Of a stretch of 52,330 nt of DNA, positions 28,649 through 38,003 are shown one piece after another; positions within the stretch are counted from its first letter, which is position 1; every line of letters starts with the position of its first letter. The notes beneath the pieces are model-generated. The model was not told the DNA's origin, ran no database searches, and saw only the letters and a program-made list of their open reading frames with translations. Source of the DNA: Oscillospiraceae bacterium. GTDB taxonomy: Bacteria; Bacillota; Clostridia; Oscillospirales; CAG-382. A program made the position numbers and the translations under genes. The stretch is from contig SVQR01000003.1 of the NCBI GenBank assembly GCA_015065225.1, positions 1 through 52,330 on the forward strand, in the 5' to 3' direction.

Positions 28649-29812
28649 ATGAACAAAATAAGATCCGCTATCATCGGTATCGGAGGCTATGCCTCCATAT
28701 CACTTGACAACATTTTTGCCGCAATGGACGATGGCAGAGACGACTTTGAGATAGTCGCATTTGTCGATCCGTATCCGGAATCATCAAAGCATTATGAGAG
28801 ACTGAAAAACATGAATGTGCCGCATTTTAACGATATCACCGATATGTATGATGCGAATATATGCCCCGATCTCTGTCTTGTATCCACACCGATACAGTTT
28901 CACAAGCAGCAGATACTTGCCTGCCTTGAAAACGGTACATCTGTTTTGTGTGAAAAACCTATGACCGGCAATGCGGAGGATATAGATATACTTGCAAAAG
29001 CCGAAAAGGAGAGCGGAAAATTTGTTGCTATAGGCTATCAGTGGTCTTACAGCGATGCGATACAGGCTCTTAAAAAGGATATTATGGACGGTGTATACGG
29101 AAAGCCCGTCAAGATGAAGACTCTCGTTATGTGGCCGAGAGACAAGGCATATTTCAGGAGAAGTACCGGCTGGGCGGGCAAAATTTACGCTTCCAACGGT
29201 GAAAAGATACTTGACAGTGTTGCAAACAATGCTACCGCTCATTATATACACAATATACTTTATGTTCTCGGTGACGGGATTGATGCTTCAATGAAGGCAA
29301 CCGATGTGGAAGCTGTTCTTATAAGAGCAAATGACATAGAGACTTTTGACACCTGTATTGCAAAATTCAAGCTGGAATGCGGAGCAGACGGAATTTATAT
29401 AGTATCTCACTCGACTAAAAACACGGTGAATCCGCAGTTTGAATATACCTTTGAAAAGGGGATCGTTACATTCAACGAGGAGCAGGGCGTTATTATCGGT
29501 AAAACAAATGACGGAAAAGAGATAAACTACGGCGATCCGTTCAAATCTCCCACCAAGAAATTCTTTGACTGTATTGATTGTATAAAGAACGGCAAGACCG
29601 AAGTTCTTTGCGGTATAAATGGAGCATCCGCTCAGGTGGATTTTATCGCAAAGCTTCATGCGAATAATGAAATATATAATGCGTCGAGGCATTCTCTGAA
29701 AGAAACAGAAGACGGACGGCTGTATATTGATCATCTGGATGATGTCCTTCTCAGACATTACGAAATTGGCGGACGTTTTTTGAGAGAAGATTTTGATCTT
29801 ATTGCAGAATGA
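28649..29812 (+). CDS. Gfo/Idh/MocA-family oxidoreductase
   Basis: IGIGGYA, TPIQFH, LCEKPM, IGYQWSY, DSVANNATAHY. Confidence 0.92.
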   Translation: MNKIRSAIIGIGGYASISLDNIFAAMDDGRDDFEIVAFVDPYPESSKHYERLKNMNVPHFNDITDMYDANICPDLCLVSTPIQFHKQQILACLENGTSVLCEKPMTGNAEDIDILAKAEKESGKFVAIGYQWSYSDAIQALKKDIMDGVYGKPVKMKTLVMWPRDKAYFRRSTGWAGKIYASNGEKILDSVANNATAHYIHNILYVLGDGIDASMKATDVEAVLIRANDIETFDTCIAKFKLECGADGIYIVSHSTKNTVNPQFEYTFEKGIVTFNEEQGVIIGKTNDGKEINYGDPFKSPTKKFFDCIDCIKNGKTEVLCGINGASAQVDFIAKLHANNEIYNASRHSLKETEDGRLYIDHLDDVLLRHYEIGGRFLREDFDLIAE

Positions 29813-29854
29813 TCGATAATATCCGAAATACTTATTTTAAAAAAGGAACAAAAA

Positions 29855-30937
29855 ATGATAAACAAAGATTTATTGGCTCTCCCGGAAAAAGCCGGTAAAG
29901 TGGTAAAAGACGGAGAATTCCCTTTTGCCGCTGTCGGACTTTCTCACGGGCATATATACGGTATGTGTGCGGGACTTATTTCGGCAGGTGCAACTCTACG
30001 ATATGTCTATGATGACGATCCGTCGCTGGTGGCGGCTTTTCTTGAAAGATACCCGGATACACCGGTCGCAAAGAGCCTTGACGAGATCCTTTCCGACAAG
30101 AGTATAAAGCTGGTCGCAAGTGCGGATATACCTTCAAAAAGATGTTCTCTCGGAATAAAGGTGATGGAAGCGGGTAAAGACTATTTTGCGGACAAAGCTC
30201 CACTTGTGACACTTGAGCAGCTTGATATGGCAAGAAATGCCGTAAGAAGGACAGGGAAGAAGTACGCAGTGTATTACGGTGAACGTCTCGGCAGTGAATG
30301 CGGTATTTTTGCGGGTACTCTCATTGAAAGAGGAGCTATCGGCAGAGTGATAAACGTCATCGGCATGGGACCTCATAAGCTCGCAAACGGCGAAAAGCGC
30401 GGAGAATGGTTTTATAAGCGCGAAACTCAGGGCGGTATCCTTATAGATATCGGAAGCCATCAGATAGAGCAGTTTCTCCATTACACCGGCAACAACAGGG
30501 CTACCGTGACATCTTCACGTATCGGCAATTACAATCATAAGGAATTTCCCGAATTTGATGATTTCGGCGACTGCAATCTTCTCGGTGCAAACGGAGCGAC
30601 AGGTTATTTCAGGGTAGACTGGTTCACACCTCTCGGTGTCAAGCCTTTCGGAGATGGAAGAACTGTGATAGTGGGTACAGACGGATATATCGAGCTTCGC
30701 AAATACACCGATATCGGTGTAGAGGATATCGGAAACAACATGGTAATCGCTACCAATGATGGGGTGGAGAAGCTAAATGTCAACGGCAAGATAGGACTTC
30801 CCTATTTCGGACAGTTGATCCTTGACTGCCTGGAAGGAACTGAACGTGCCATGACTCAGGAACACGCTTTTCACAGTGCGGAGCTTTCAATTATCGCACA
30901 GAATGCGGCATTCGACTGCAAGAGAATGATCAGATGA
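29855..30937 (+). CDS. Gfo/Idh/MocA-family oxidoreductase
   Basis: VGLSHGHIYGM, FADKAP, GGILIDIGSHQ, RVDWFTP, GDGR. Confidence 0.9.
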   Translation: MINKDLLALPEKAGKVVKDGEFPFAAVGLSHGHIYGMCAGLISAGATLRYVYDDDPSLVAAFLERYPDTPVAKSLDEILSDKSIKLVASADIPSKRCSLGIKVMEAGKDYFADKAPLVTLEQLDMARNAVRRTGKKYAVYYGERLGSECGIFAGTLIERGAIGRVINVIGMGPHKLANGEKRGEWFYKRETQGGILIDIGSHQIEQFLHYTGNNRATVTSSRIGNYNHKEFPEFDDFGDCNLLGANGATGYFRVDWFTPLGVKPFGDGRTVIVGTDGYIELRKYTDIGVEDIGNNMVIATNDGVEKLNVNGKIGLPYFGQLILDCLEGTERAMTQEHAFHSAELSIIAQNAAFDCKRMIR

Positions 30938-30945
30938 ACAAACAT

Positions 30946-30974
30946 GGGCTGTGACTGCGGTCACAGCTCTTTTT
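30946..30974 (+). terminator. Intrinsic terminator of the Gfo pair
   Basis: GGGCTGTGAC/GTCACAGCTC stem then TTTTT. Confidence 0.75.
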
Positions 30975-30982
30975 CATTATAC

Positions 30983-31017
30983 AAAAAAGTCCGGTATATC
31001 CCGAAGGATACACCGGA
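30983..31017 (-). terminator. Intrinsic terminator of the SLH protein gene
   Basis: Minus strand TCCGGTGTATCC-TTCG-GGATATACCGGA followed by a T-run. Confidence 0.8.
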
Positions 31018-31035
31018 TGATAAAGCTGTTATATC

Positions 31036-34000
31036 TTACTTGAGATAGACCACAACTTCTCCTTCTTCACCGATGGTTTTGAAGGATTCCGCAGTCTTTG
31101 CATCAAATGCATAATTAAGATTGTTATATACGCCCAGCTTTGCGCCGAGGTTCTGTACATATATATTGCCCTGAAGCTTTGCGAGGAATTCGGGCTTTGC
31201 CGCACCGATCTCAAAGAGCGAAGATGTGCTTGTGAAGAATACGTTGTTCTTTACAACATAGTCCTTCGCAGGATTCTGCTGTCCGCCGCCCTTGATGCCT
31301 GCTGCTGTCGTGCCATCGGCTGCCTGCTGTGAAAGTCCCTTGCCGATATCAAGGAAGTAGTTGTTCTCTATAAGAAGTCCGTTTATAAGATTTGTATCGT
31401 CGGTATAGTCCTGATGGAGGAATATCTCGATCGGATACTTCGCGCACTTAACGATGTTGCCGTGGAAGTGAGAGTTCTTGAAGTAGTTGTTCTCGGTATT
31501 CTCGTCCTTCCTGTACTGGTTGGTGATACCTGCATCGTATACCTGGTTGATGTAGTTGTTGTATACCAGCATATCGTCGGATCTTCCCCATGTCTCAACA
31601 GCGTTGCCGAATCTTACGGGATATCCGTTTGTGTAACCCTGGATGCCGCCGCCTATCCATTCAAATACGCAGTTGCGAACAGTAAGTCCCGCACAGTTTC
31701 CGGAGGAGATACCGTGTGCGCCGGCGTTTCTTATTTCAAGATTATCTATGGTTACATTCTTCATACATACCATAGCATGATCACGTACCGCAAATTCGAT
31801 GGATTTGAATATCTCACCGGGGTTGCCGTTGTCACATCTGAGGTAGAGCGTACCGTAGCAGTTTGTCTGATCAAGGCTCGGGAATGTTCCTACCTTTGTG
31901 TAATCAAGCTGTACGAAGTCAAGATCCTTTGTCAGATGCTTTGTGGGATCAAATACGTTATTGGTATTCTTAACCATATACTTGCCGTTGATATATGAAG
32001 GGATGTGTTTATATGCGTGCTTTTCGTTATCAATTACGAGAGTTCCGCAGTCCATTATCTGTCCGTTGTATTTCCAGATATTGGATGTGCCGTCAACAAG
32101 TGTCCAGAGAGTTTTGTCGGCACCGTCGAGGGGAGAACGGTTAAGTATGGGTTTCGGACCTTCACCGTATGCGGAATATGTTACGCCCGGCTTTGTCCAG
32201 AGCTTCTGTCCTCTCCATTCGCCGCCTCTTTCAAAGAGTACGACGTCACCTGCTTTGAGCTTTCCGTCTTCTGCTCCGATATGTCCGACTGTCTTCTTTG
32301 CGGTTTCCGGAGTCATACCATCATTCTTGTCATCGCCGTTGGGGGATACATACCAGATGCGACCGCCCTCACCGACTTTGTATTCACTCTTTGTGTTCTT
32401 TATGGATTCTTCAAGCTTCTGTGCTCCGTATTCCACAGCCTCGACTACCTTGTCGGCACTCTTCTTGTCCTGAGCCTTCGCGTAGTCGATATAGCCTTTT
32501 GCGGATACCTCAAGCGCATCTATCTCACTCTTTATGCTTGCTGTCTTACCTGCCTTTTCGGGGTATGCTGATGCTTCTATCTGAGAAGCTGCCCAGTGAT
32601 CGGCAACATCGGTGAAGTAATACTTTTCCGCAGTAACGGTGTTTCTGCCGATGAATCTGTTGATGACGGTTACGGCCTCTGCTCTTGTGATATCACCGTC
32701 GGGCTTGAAGCTGAATGTGCCGTCTCCGTTGTCATAGCCGTTGACTATACCGTTGGAAGCCGCCCATCTTACGGAAGCGTAAAGGGGATGGGAATCATCA
32801 ATATCCGTAAAGCTTACGTTCTTGAAAGCACCGTTTCCGATGTTGGCAAGTATCTCAACGAATTCCGCTCTTGTGATCTTTTTATCGGGATGGAAATTAC
32901 CTTCAAAATACTGAAGGTAACCGGCATCCTCAAGGATGGCGATAGAGTCGTGATACCATTTGTCCTTTGTGACATCTGTGTATGCACTCTCAAGCTTGCC
33001 CTTGAGATCTTCCGCACCCGTGAGAAGACGTGAGATTATGGTAACAGCCTCTGCTCTTGTGATGTTGCCTGCGGGATTGAATCTGAATGTTCCGTCACCG
33101 TTGTCATATCCTGTGATGTACTTTGCATCGGCGTTTATGGCATATTCCTTCTTGTCTATCGGGAAGAGCACCTTGTCGAAGTTCTTTAGAAGATCACCGT
33201 GAATGTCTCCGTCGAACTTACGAAGATCCAGCGTTCTTGTGCCGAGGACCTTAGCATGATCCGAACTGTCAGAGCCGGAAAAGCCTGTACAGTTTGTGAA
33301 GTCACCACCGTAGATCTTAATGGTGGTATTACCTGTTATCTGTCCGGGGGAATCCTTGATATAAGAGTTGTTTCCGCCGTTGATACCGCCCGTAAATGTA
33401 CCGCCGTATATCTCGATAAGAGTATTACCGTTGACATTTCTGTTTGCCGTACCGCCGTAAATTGCGGAGAAAGTACCGCTTCTTATTATGATGTGTGTAT
33501 CGCCGTCAATGACGTTTGTGTCACCGCCGCCTCTGATGGAGATGTAGTTTCCGACATTCTGACCTTTTGTTACTGTAACGCCGTTGCCTATTTCAAGGGT
33601 ATGACCCTTGCCGAGGATGAAGATACTGTTGGCGTTGACTTCCCAGTTGATGTTCTCGATGGTGGTATCACCGCCGATGCCCCATGTTTTGGAATATATG
33701 AGCTTTGCGCTTCCGTCTATACCCGAAAGGGTGATGTGACCTCTTTTTGCGGTCTCACCGAAGCCTTCTTTGTGATCATAAGTACCGACGATCTTTATAT
33801 GACCGCCTTTTTCACCGAGAAGCTCCACAGCCTTTTTGAGAGTTGCAACGGGGGTGAATTTCGTTAATCCGTCATTCATGTCGTTGCCCTTTTCCTCACC
33901 TGCGAGGTAAACGATCTTTTCCTCTGCCTTTTCCTCGGCAGTGACAGCTGCAGCAGTATCCTGTGCGAATACCGGAGAGCCTGCCGCGGGAACAGCCAGG

Positions 34001-34038
34001 AGAACAGCAATTGCGAGTGCAAGCAGTTTCTTGTTCAT
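31036..34038 (-). CDS. Secreted S-layer homology (SLH) protein with parallel beta-helix domains
   Basis: Signal peptide; three central SLH motifs (ITRAEAV, ITRAEFV, ITRAEAV); WYVSPNGDDKNDG, GDVVLFERGGEW and Asn-rich beta-helix-like repeats. Confidence 0.85.
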   Translation of the reverse strand: MNKKLLALAIAVLLAVPAAGSPVFAQDTAAAVTAEEKAEEKIVYLAGEEKGNDMNDGLTKFTPVATLKKAVELLGEKGGHIKIVGTYDHKEGFGETAKRGHITLSGIDGSAKLIYSKTWGIGGDTTIENINWEVNANSIFILGKGHTLEIGNGVTVTKGQNVGNYISIRGGGDTNVIDGDTHIIIRSGTFSAIYGGTANRNVNGNTLIEIYGGTFTGGINGGNNSYIKDSPGQITGNTTIKIYGGDFTNCTGFSGSDSSDHAKVLGTRTLDLRKFDGDIHGDLLKNFDKVLFPIDKKEYAINADAKYITGYDNGDGTFRFNPAGNITRAEAVTIISRLLTGAEDLKGKLESAYTDVTKDKWYHDSIAILEDAGYLQYFEGNFHPDKKITRAEFVEILANIGNGAFKNVSFTDIDDSHPLYASVRWAASNGIVNGYDNGDGTFSFKPDGDITRAEAVTVINRFIGRNTVTAEKYYFTDVADHWAASQIEASAYPEKAGKTASIKSEIDALEVSAKGYIDYAKAQDKKSADKVVEAVEYGAQKLEESIKNTKSEYKVGEGGRIWYVSPNGDDKNDGMTPETAKKTVGHIGAEDGKLKAGDVVLFERGGEWRGQKLWTKPGVTYSAYGEGPKPILNRSPLDGADKTLWTLVDGTSNIWKYNGQIMDCGTLVIDNEKHAYKHIPSYINGKYMVKNTNNVFDPTKHLTKDLDFVQLDYTKVGTFPSLDQTNCYGTLYLRCDNGNPGEIFKSIEFAVRDHAMVCMKNVTIDNLEIRNAGAHGISSGNCAGLTVRNCVFEWIGGGIQGYTNGYPVRFGNAVETWGRSDDMLVYNNYINQVYDAGITNQYRKDENTENNYFKNSHFHGNIVKCAKYPIEIFLHQDYTDDTNLINGLLIENNYFLDIGKGLSQQAADGTTAAGIKGGGQQNPAKDYVVKNNVFFTSTSSLFEIGAAKPEFLAKLQGNIYVQNLGAKLGVYNNLNYAFDAKTAESFKTIGEEGEVVVYLK

Positions 34039-34226
34039 ATTATATCCTTCCTTTCGTGCCGCATTGTGTGACCGTGCGGCATTTTATGTTTGAGGATATT
34101 ATAGCACAGGCGGTCATGATTTGTAAATAGGTTTTTTTGCGAAATTGTTGTATCCTTCCGACACTTTCGTTGGGATGGATAAAAAATCCTTGCTGTTTTT
34201 GGCGGATGTGACGAATACTTTTAGGC

Positions 34227-34487
34227 TTAATTGCCGCACGTGAGAAGGTAATCATCAATAAAATCATTTATGAGCCTGTGCATACTTGTACCGTTGTCAC
34301 TTGCGACAGTCTTGAAATGATCGAACTTTTCCGCTTCAAGCCAGACTCTGAGCTGCTTGCGGCTTGACAGATATTTTTTTTGCGCTGTGTTGTTGTTGTT
34401 TTTGATTATACTGCGCACTTCGGTCTTGGTCTCTTTTTTCAATTTTATCTTCCCTTTCGCTTTTGTGAATGACCTGTTTTTTGACAT
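34227..34487 (-). CDS. Small basic protein, possible ribbon-helix-helix DNA-binding domain
   Basis: KQLRVWLEAEKFDHFKTVASDNGTSMHRLINDFIDDYL fits a strand-helix-helix pattern; no clear SD. Confidence 0.45.
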   Translation of the reverse strand: MSKNRSFTKAKGKIKLKKETKTEVRSIIKNNNNTAQKKYLSSRKQLRVWLEAEKFDHFKTVASDNGTSMHRLINDFIDDYLLTCGN

Positions 34488-34624
34488 TCACTGTCTGTAT
34501 TTTGATTATATCACTTCTTGTGTCCGATAAAACTCCCTCTTTTGTGATTTTTTTATCAATATCAGCTGAAAATCCGGGGAAATGTACAATTTACAGGGTA
34601 AAAACAGATGAATGATCACATATT

Positions 34625-35230
34625 TCATGCACGCATTTTTTGCTTTACAAATCCCGAGAGGAACAGATAAGCACATATAAACACCAGTGAGATATTGTAT
34701 CCCGACAGAAACAGCATAAGCAGAGCGAGGATACACAACAATGCAAAGGCAATGGTGGAAAGTGTATCACAGACCTTTTGAGCGAAGGAAAGGTCATATT
34801 TGGTATAAAGCAATACTTCAAGAGCTCTTCCGCCGTCAAGACCGGTTACCGGAAGGATATTAACGAAGAAGAACATAAGATTCGATACTGCAAAGAACAG
34901 AATATACGCTCCATGCATAAAACCGTAAAATACAAATGCGGTAACACACAGCACAAGGCTTGCAAGAGGTCCGGAAAGAAAGACGGCTATCTCACTTTTA
35001 TATGAAAGCCGCGAAGTATCTGCTCTGATATCAGCACCGCAGGGGTAGACGGAGATACGTATTATACTTGCTCCGAAGATCATCATTGCGGTTATATGAG
35101 CGAATTCGTGAAAAAGTGCACCCGAAAGTGCGATGCATAAAAACAGCGCATCATGCGACAATGCAAGCATCGGTACGAGTAACAGCGCAAATATACTTAT
35201 ATAGATACGGGATCTGAATAAACGGATCAT
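34625..35230 (-). CDS. spoIVFB: Site-2 (M50) intramembrane metalloprotease, SpoIVFB-like
   Basis: FHEFAH, LSGPLAS, NILPVTGLDGGR; hydrophobic; start ATG 35230 overlaps the upstream stop (ATGA). Confidence 0.7.
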   Translation of the reverse strand: MIRLFRSRIYISIFALLLVPMLALSHDALFLCIALSGALFHEFAHITAMMIFGASIIRISVYPCGADIRADTSRLSYKSEIAVFLSGPLASLVLCVTAFVFYGFMHGAYILFFAVSNLMFFFVNILPVTGLDGGRALEVLLYTKYDLSFAQKVCDTLSTIAFALLCILALLMLFLSGYNISLVFICAYLFLSGFVKQKMRA

Positions 35231-35415
35231 TCCTGCCGCCTTTCCGCACTGTGAGCTGTGAACAGGTCTGTTATGGTAATGTTGTTGTTTTCTGCCGCTC
35301 CGAACGCACCTGCCTGAGCGGTCTCGGTGGATTCCAGATAGTATATACACAGCAGAAACGCAAGTGCAAGTATGACGAGAAGTATCTGAAAAAAAAGTAT
35401 GCGGAAGTTCTGCAT
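35227..35415 (-). CDS. Small single-TM membrane protein coupled to the M50 protease gene
   Basis: Strong AAGGAGG SD, hydrophobic N-terminus, ATGA overlap with the next gene. Confidence 0.65.
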   Translation of the reverse strand: MQNFRILFFQILLVILALAFLLCIYYLESTETAQAGAFGAAENNNITITDLFTAHSAERRQE

Positions 35416-35445
35416 TTTTATCCTCCTTGGGAGATGTTGCTTTTA

Positions 35446-35474
35446 ATTATATTCCGAAAGGAGGAAGGATATGA
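35446..35474 (-). promoter_or_regulatory. Sigma-E-like sporulation promoter
   Basis: Minus strand TCATATC-14 bp-AATATAAT resembles the sigma-E consensus; lies upstream of a spoIVF-like pair. Confidence 0.55.
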
Positions 35475-35576
35475 ATCGTAAACCGGCCGTGGATCCAATC
35501 TCAGGGTTTTTGCTAAGATCAAAAAGCGGGTGTCTACCTTACCGATAAACACCCACCGAATAAAAGCGATATTTTT

Positions 35577-37838
35577 TTATACCATAGCCTCGGCACGCAT
35601 AATATACACATCCTGCTCGGACTTGGGAAGATTGTTCCACAACACGTTCCAACCGCAGACACGCACCTGAAGTGTCCTGTATTTTTCGGGATACTTCTGT
35701 GCTTCTCTCAGTGTATCAACATTGAATACATTCACATGAATGGATGCTCCGCCCTGCTTTACATAGGTCATGAGAATACCGTAGAACGCTTCAAGTCCGT
35801 CATCACCGCTTACCGCAGAAGGATGAAGCATGGCATCAAGACAGCCGCCGGCATCGTTCAGGGACATATCCATGCTCGTTACGGAATTTATTGCCGCCGT
35901 GATACCTTTTCTGTCGGCACCCGGTACGGGAGATACATTCTTGGACATCTCTTCGCCCGCACGTCTTCCGTCGGGGGTCGCTTCAATACGTTTTCCCTGC
36001 TCGATAAACGCCCTTGCCGAGTGTAGCTCGTAGCCGTATGTTCCGCCGTGAGCATTACGTCTCCCCGCAAGATCTGCGGCGTAGAATTTGTGGAATGCAT
36101 CCGCGTATGCATCTGCGATCCTGTCGTTGTTCCCGAATTTATGCTTACAATTAAGAGCCTTTGCACGGAGCTTTTCATAGCCCTCCCAGTTTGCATCGAG
36201 TGCTTTCAGTAATTCATCCATCGTACAGACTTTTCTTTCATATACAAGCTCATACACCGCCATTGTAGCATCCACAAGACTTGCAAAGCCGCAGAAAAGC
36301 GTTCCCGTTCTGTTGGTGACTCCTCCGTCTATTGCATCCGTGAGATTTTCTGCACATTCAGCAAGTGTTCCGGAGAACAGTACCGACGGATTTACTTCTC
36401 CGACGTGTCTTTCCGCTTCGTAATTATAAGTGAAGCAGGTCTCGTTTATATGTCCGAGCTGTGCTCTTACAGCATTGTAGAACTTATCGAAAGTATCAAA
36501 GCTTCTCGGATCGCCGGTTTTAAGTCCGAGTTGTTTGCCGGTTGTCTTATCAAGACCGTTTGAAAGAGCAAAGCATACGGCTTTAAGTCCGTCGATATAG
36601 ATCGAAGATATGTCGATACCGCCTCGCTTTGACTTGTATTCGTAGCATCCGGATATCACCGAATCACAGGCTTCCTCGTAGGTTATGCCTCTTGACATAA
36701 GTGCCTTTGTGATAATGTCTTCATTTACAAATACGATACTGTTGACACCGTTCCTTACCATATCAAGAGCTTTCATAACGATATCCTTAGGTGTCCTGTC
36801 GCATACCTTGAACTGTATCTTCGGGTTGTATATGCCCATCTGATAATATACGTCAAGTATCATGTGAGTAAGCTCATTGACTTTTGTCGTTCCGTCGGCA
36901 TTTGTACCCGCAAGATAGAAGGGTTGTCCCCAGTAGTTTTCTATGCAGGAGAACTGCTGAAGGAAATATGCGATAAACTCCGCTATCTCGTCTTTTGTGT
37001 ATCTTCCCGATTCTATATCCTTTTTATAGAATGGATAGAGCGATGCATCAAGACCGTAGCCCAGAGAACGCACCTGATAGTGGTCTACGCTCTCGCTTAT
37101 CATGAAGTAGAGGTACATCATATGAAGTGCATCGTAAGTATCCTGCGCACCGCCGTCGCGTAAATGCTCAAGGCTTGCCTTTGTCGCCGTTGACTTTGCG
37201 TTAGCCTTTGTGTCGGCGTACTTTACAAATCTTTCCATGATACGCAAGATCGCTGTGTACTCTATTTCAAGAGCCGTGAAGAAGATCTCCTGCTTTTCCG
37301 TAAGAGTGCCGTCAGCCTTCTTGCTCTCATATGATCTTCGTGCTCTCTCAAGTATGCCGCTCCAGCCGAGATCAAGAAGTGAGTCCCAATCGGGAACGGT
37401 GTGGTCAAAATCAAGCCACGTCCATGCTGTACCGGATGCCCAGAAGTCGTCAAGCACCTGCTTTTTTTCTCCGACATATTTTGCGTAGCACTGCGCACTC
37501 CATTTATTTATGACCTTTTTTATTACTCTGCCCCAGGTATAGATACCGACAAAGTAGTCATGCTCGTTGACATCAATTCTTGTGTTGTCGAGAACATATT
37601 CGACAAGTCTTGCCTTTAGTATCTGGTTGTTGTAATCGGGAGTGTTGCCGAACTCTGCGACAATTTTGTCTATTCCCGCAATTATCTCTTCATCGGTAAG
37701 TCCCGTTGAGCTGTCGTATTCGTAACCGTGATAGTCGAAACGGGCAAAGGGGTTGTAGTTCTCGTCTTGCCTGTGATATTTGTTGAGAAGATATTCCATA
37801 TCCCCGTCAAGTGTTTTGAAACAGTATTTTTCGTGCAT
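35577..37838 (-). CDS. Glycyl radical enzyme (PFL-like superfamily), substrate unknown
   Basis: Cys loop ISGCYE, ATPDGRRAGE, Gly loop LQVRVCGWN; ATG 37838 after AAGGAG. Confidence 0.9.
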   Translation of the reverse strand: MHEKYCFKTLDGDMEYLLNKYHRQDENYNPFARFDYHGYEYDSSTGLTDEEIIAGIDKIVAEFGNTPDYNNQILKARLVEYVLDNTRIDVNEHDYFVGIYTWGRVIKKVINKWSAQCYAKYVGEKKQVLDDFWASGTAWTWLDFDHTVPDWDSLLDLGWSGILERARRSYESKKADGTLTEKQEIFFTALEIEYTAILRIMERFVKYADTKANAKSTATKASLEHLRDGGAQDTYDALHMMYLYFMISESVDHYQVRSLGYGLDASLYPFYKKDIESGRYTKDEIAEFIAYFLQQFSCIENYWGQPFYLAGTNADGTTKVNELTHMILDVYYQMGIYNPKIQFKVCDRTPKDIVMKALDMVRNGVNSIVFVNEDIITKALMSRGITYEEACDSVISGCYEYKSKRGGIDISSIYIDGLKAVCFALSNGLDKTTGKQLGLKTGDPRSFDTFDKFYNAVRAQLGHINETCFTYNYEAERHVGEVNPSVLFSGTLAECAENLTDAIDGGVTNRTGTLFCGFASLVDATMAVYELVYERKVCTMDELLKALDANWEGYEKLRAKALNCKHKFGNNDRIADAYADAFHKFYAADLAGRRNAHGGTYGYELHSARAFIEQGKRIEATPDGRRAGEEMSKNVSPVPGADRKGITAAINSVTSMDMSLNDAGGCLDAMLHPSAVSGDDGLEAFYGILMTYVKQGGASIHVNVFNVDTLREAQKYPEKYRTLQVRVCGWNVLWNNLPKSEQDVYIMRAEAMV

Positions 37839-37878
37839 GATGATGCTCCTTTCGGTGCGGTGATTATCTGTTACGTTC

Positions 37879-37907
37879 ATTAAAGCACACAAAGGAGGTT
37901 TTGTCAA
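37879..37907 (-). promoter_or_regulatory. Sigma-A promoter for the glycyl radical enzyme gene
   Basis: Minus strand TTGACA-17 bp-TTTAAT with TG extension. Confidence 0.65.
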
Positions 37908-38003
37908 CAGCCTGAGCGACGGTTTTGTGTTGAAAAGTACAAATTGCACAAAAAATCCCCATAAAGAAAAAAGAATGGCGCAGGCATCAAAAGACACCGC
38001 GCC

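Noticed and set aside
31414-33867. Plus-strand ORFs of 145-222 aa opposite the SLH gene
   Set aside because: Shadow ORFs without recognisable motifs
34227-34487. RHH-like ORF as a type II antitoxin
   Set aside because: No adjacent toxin-like ORF
35471-35548. 25-codon plus-strand ORF (MNRKPAVDPISGFLLRSKSGCLPYR) behind a strong AAAGGAGG
   Set aside because: The purine run is the spacer of the minus-strand sigma-E-like promoter and the ORF runs into the GRE terminator-like hairpin; no other support, though not strictly excluded
37839-37997. Extended N-termini in the ORF track (GRE from 37997; also 11288, 15053, 35350, 39362, 42334)
   Set aside because: The extensions overlap promoters, leaders or other genes; downstream starts have clear SD sequences or translational coupling
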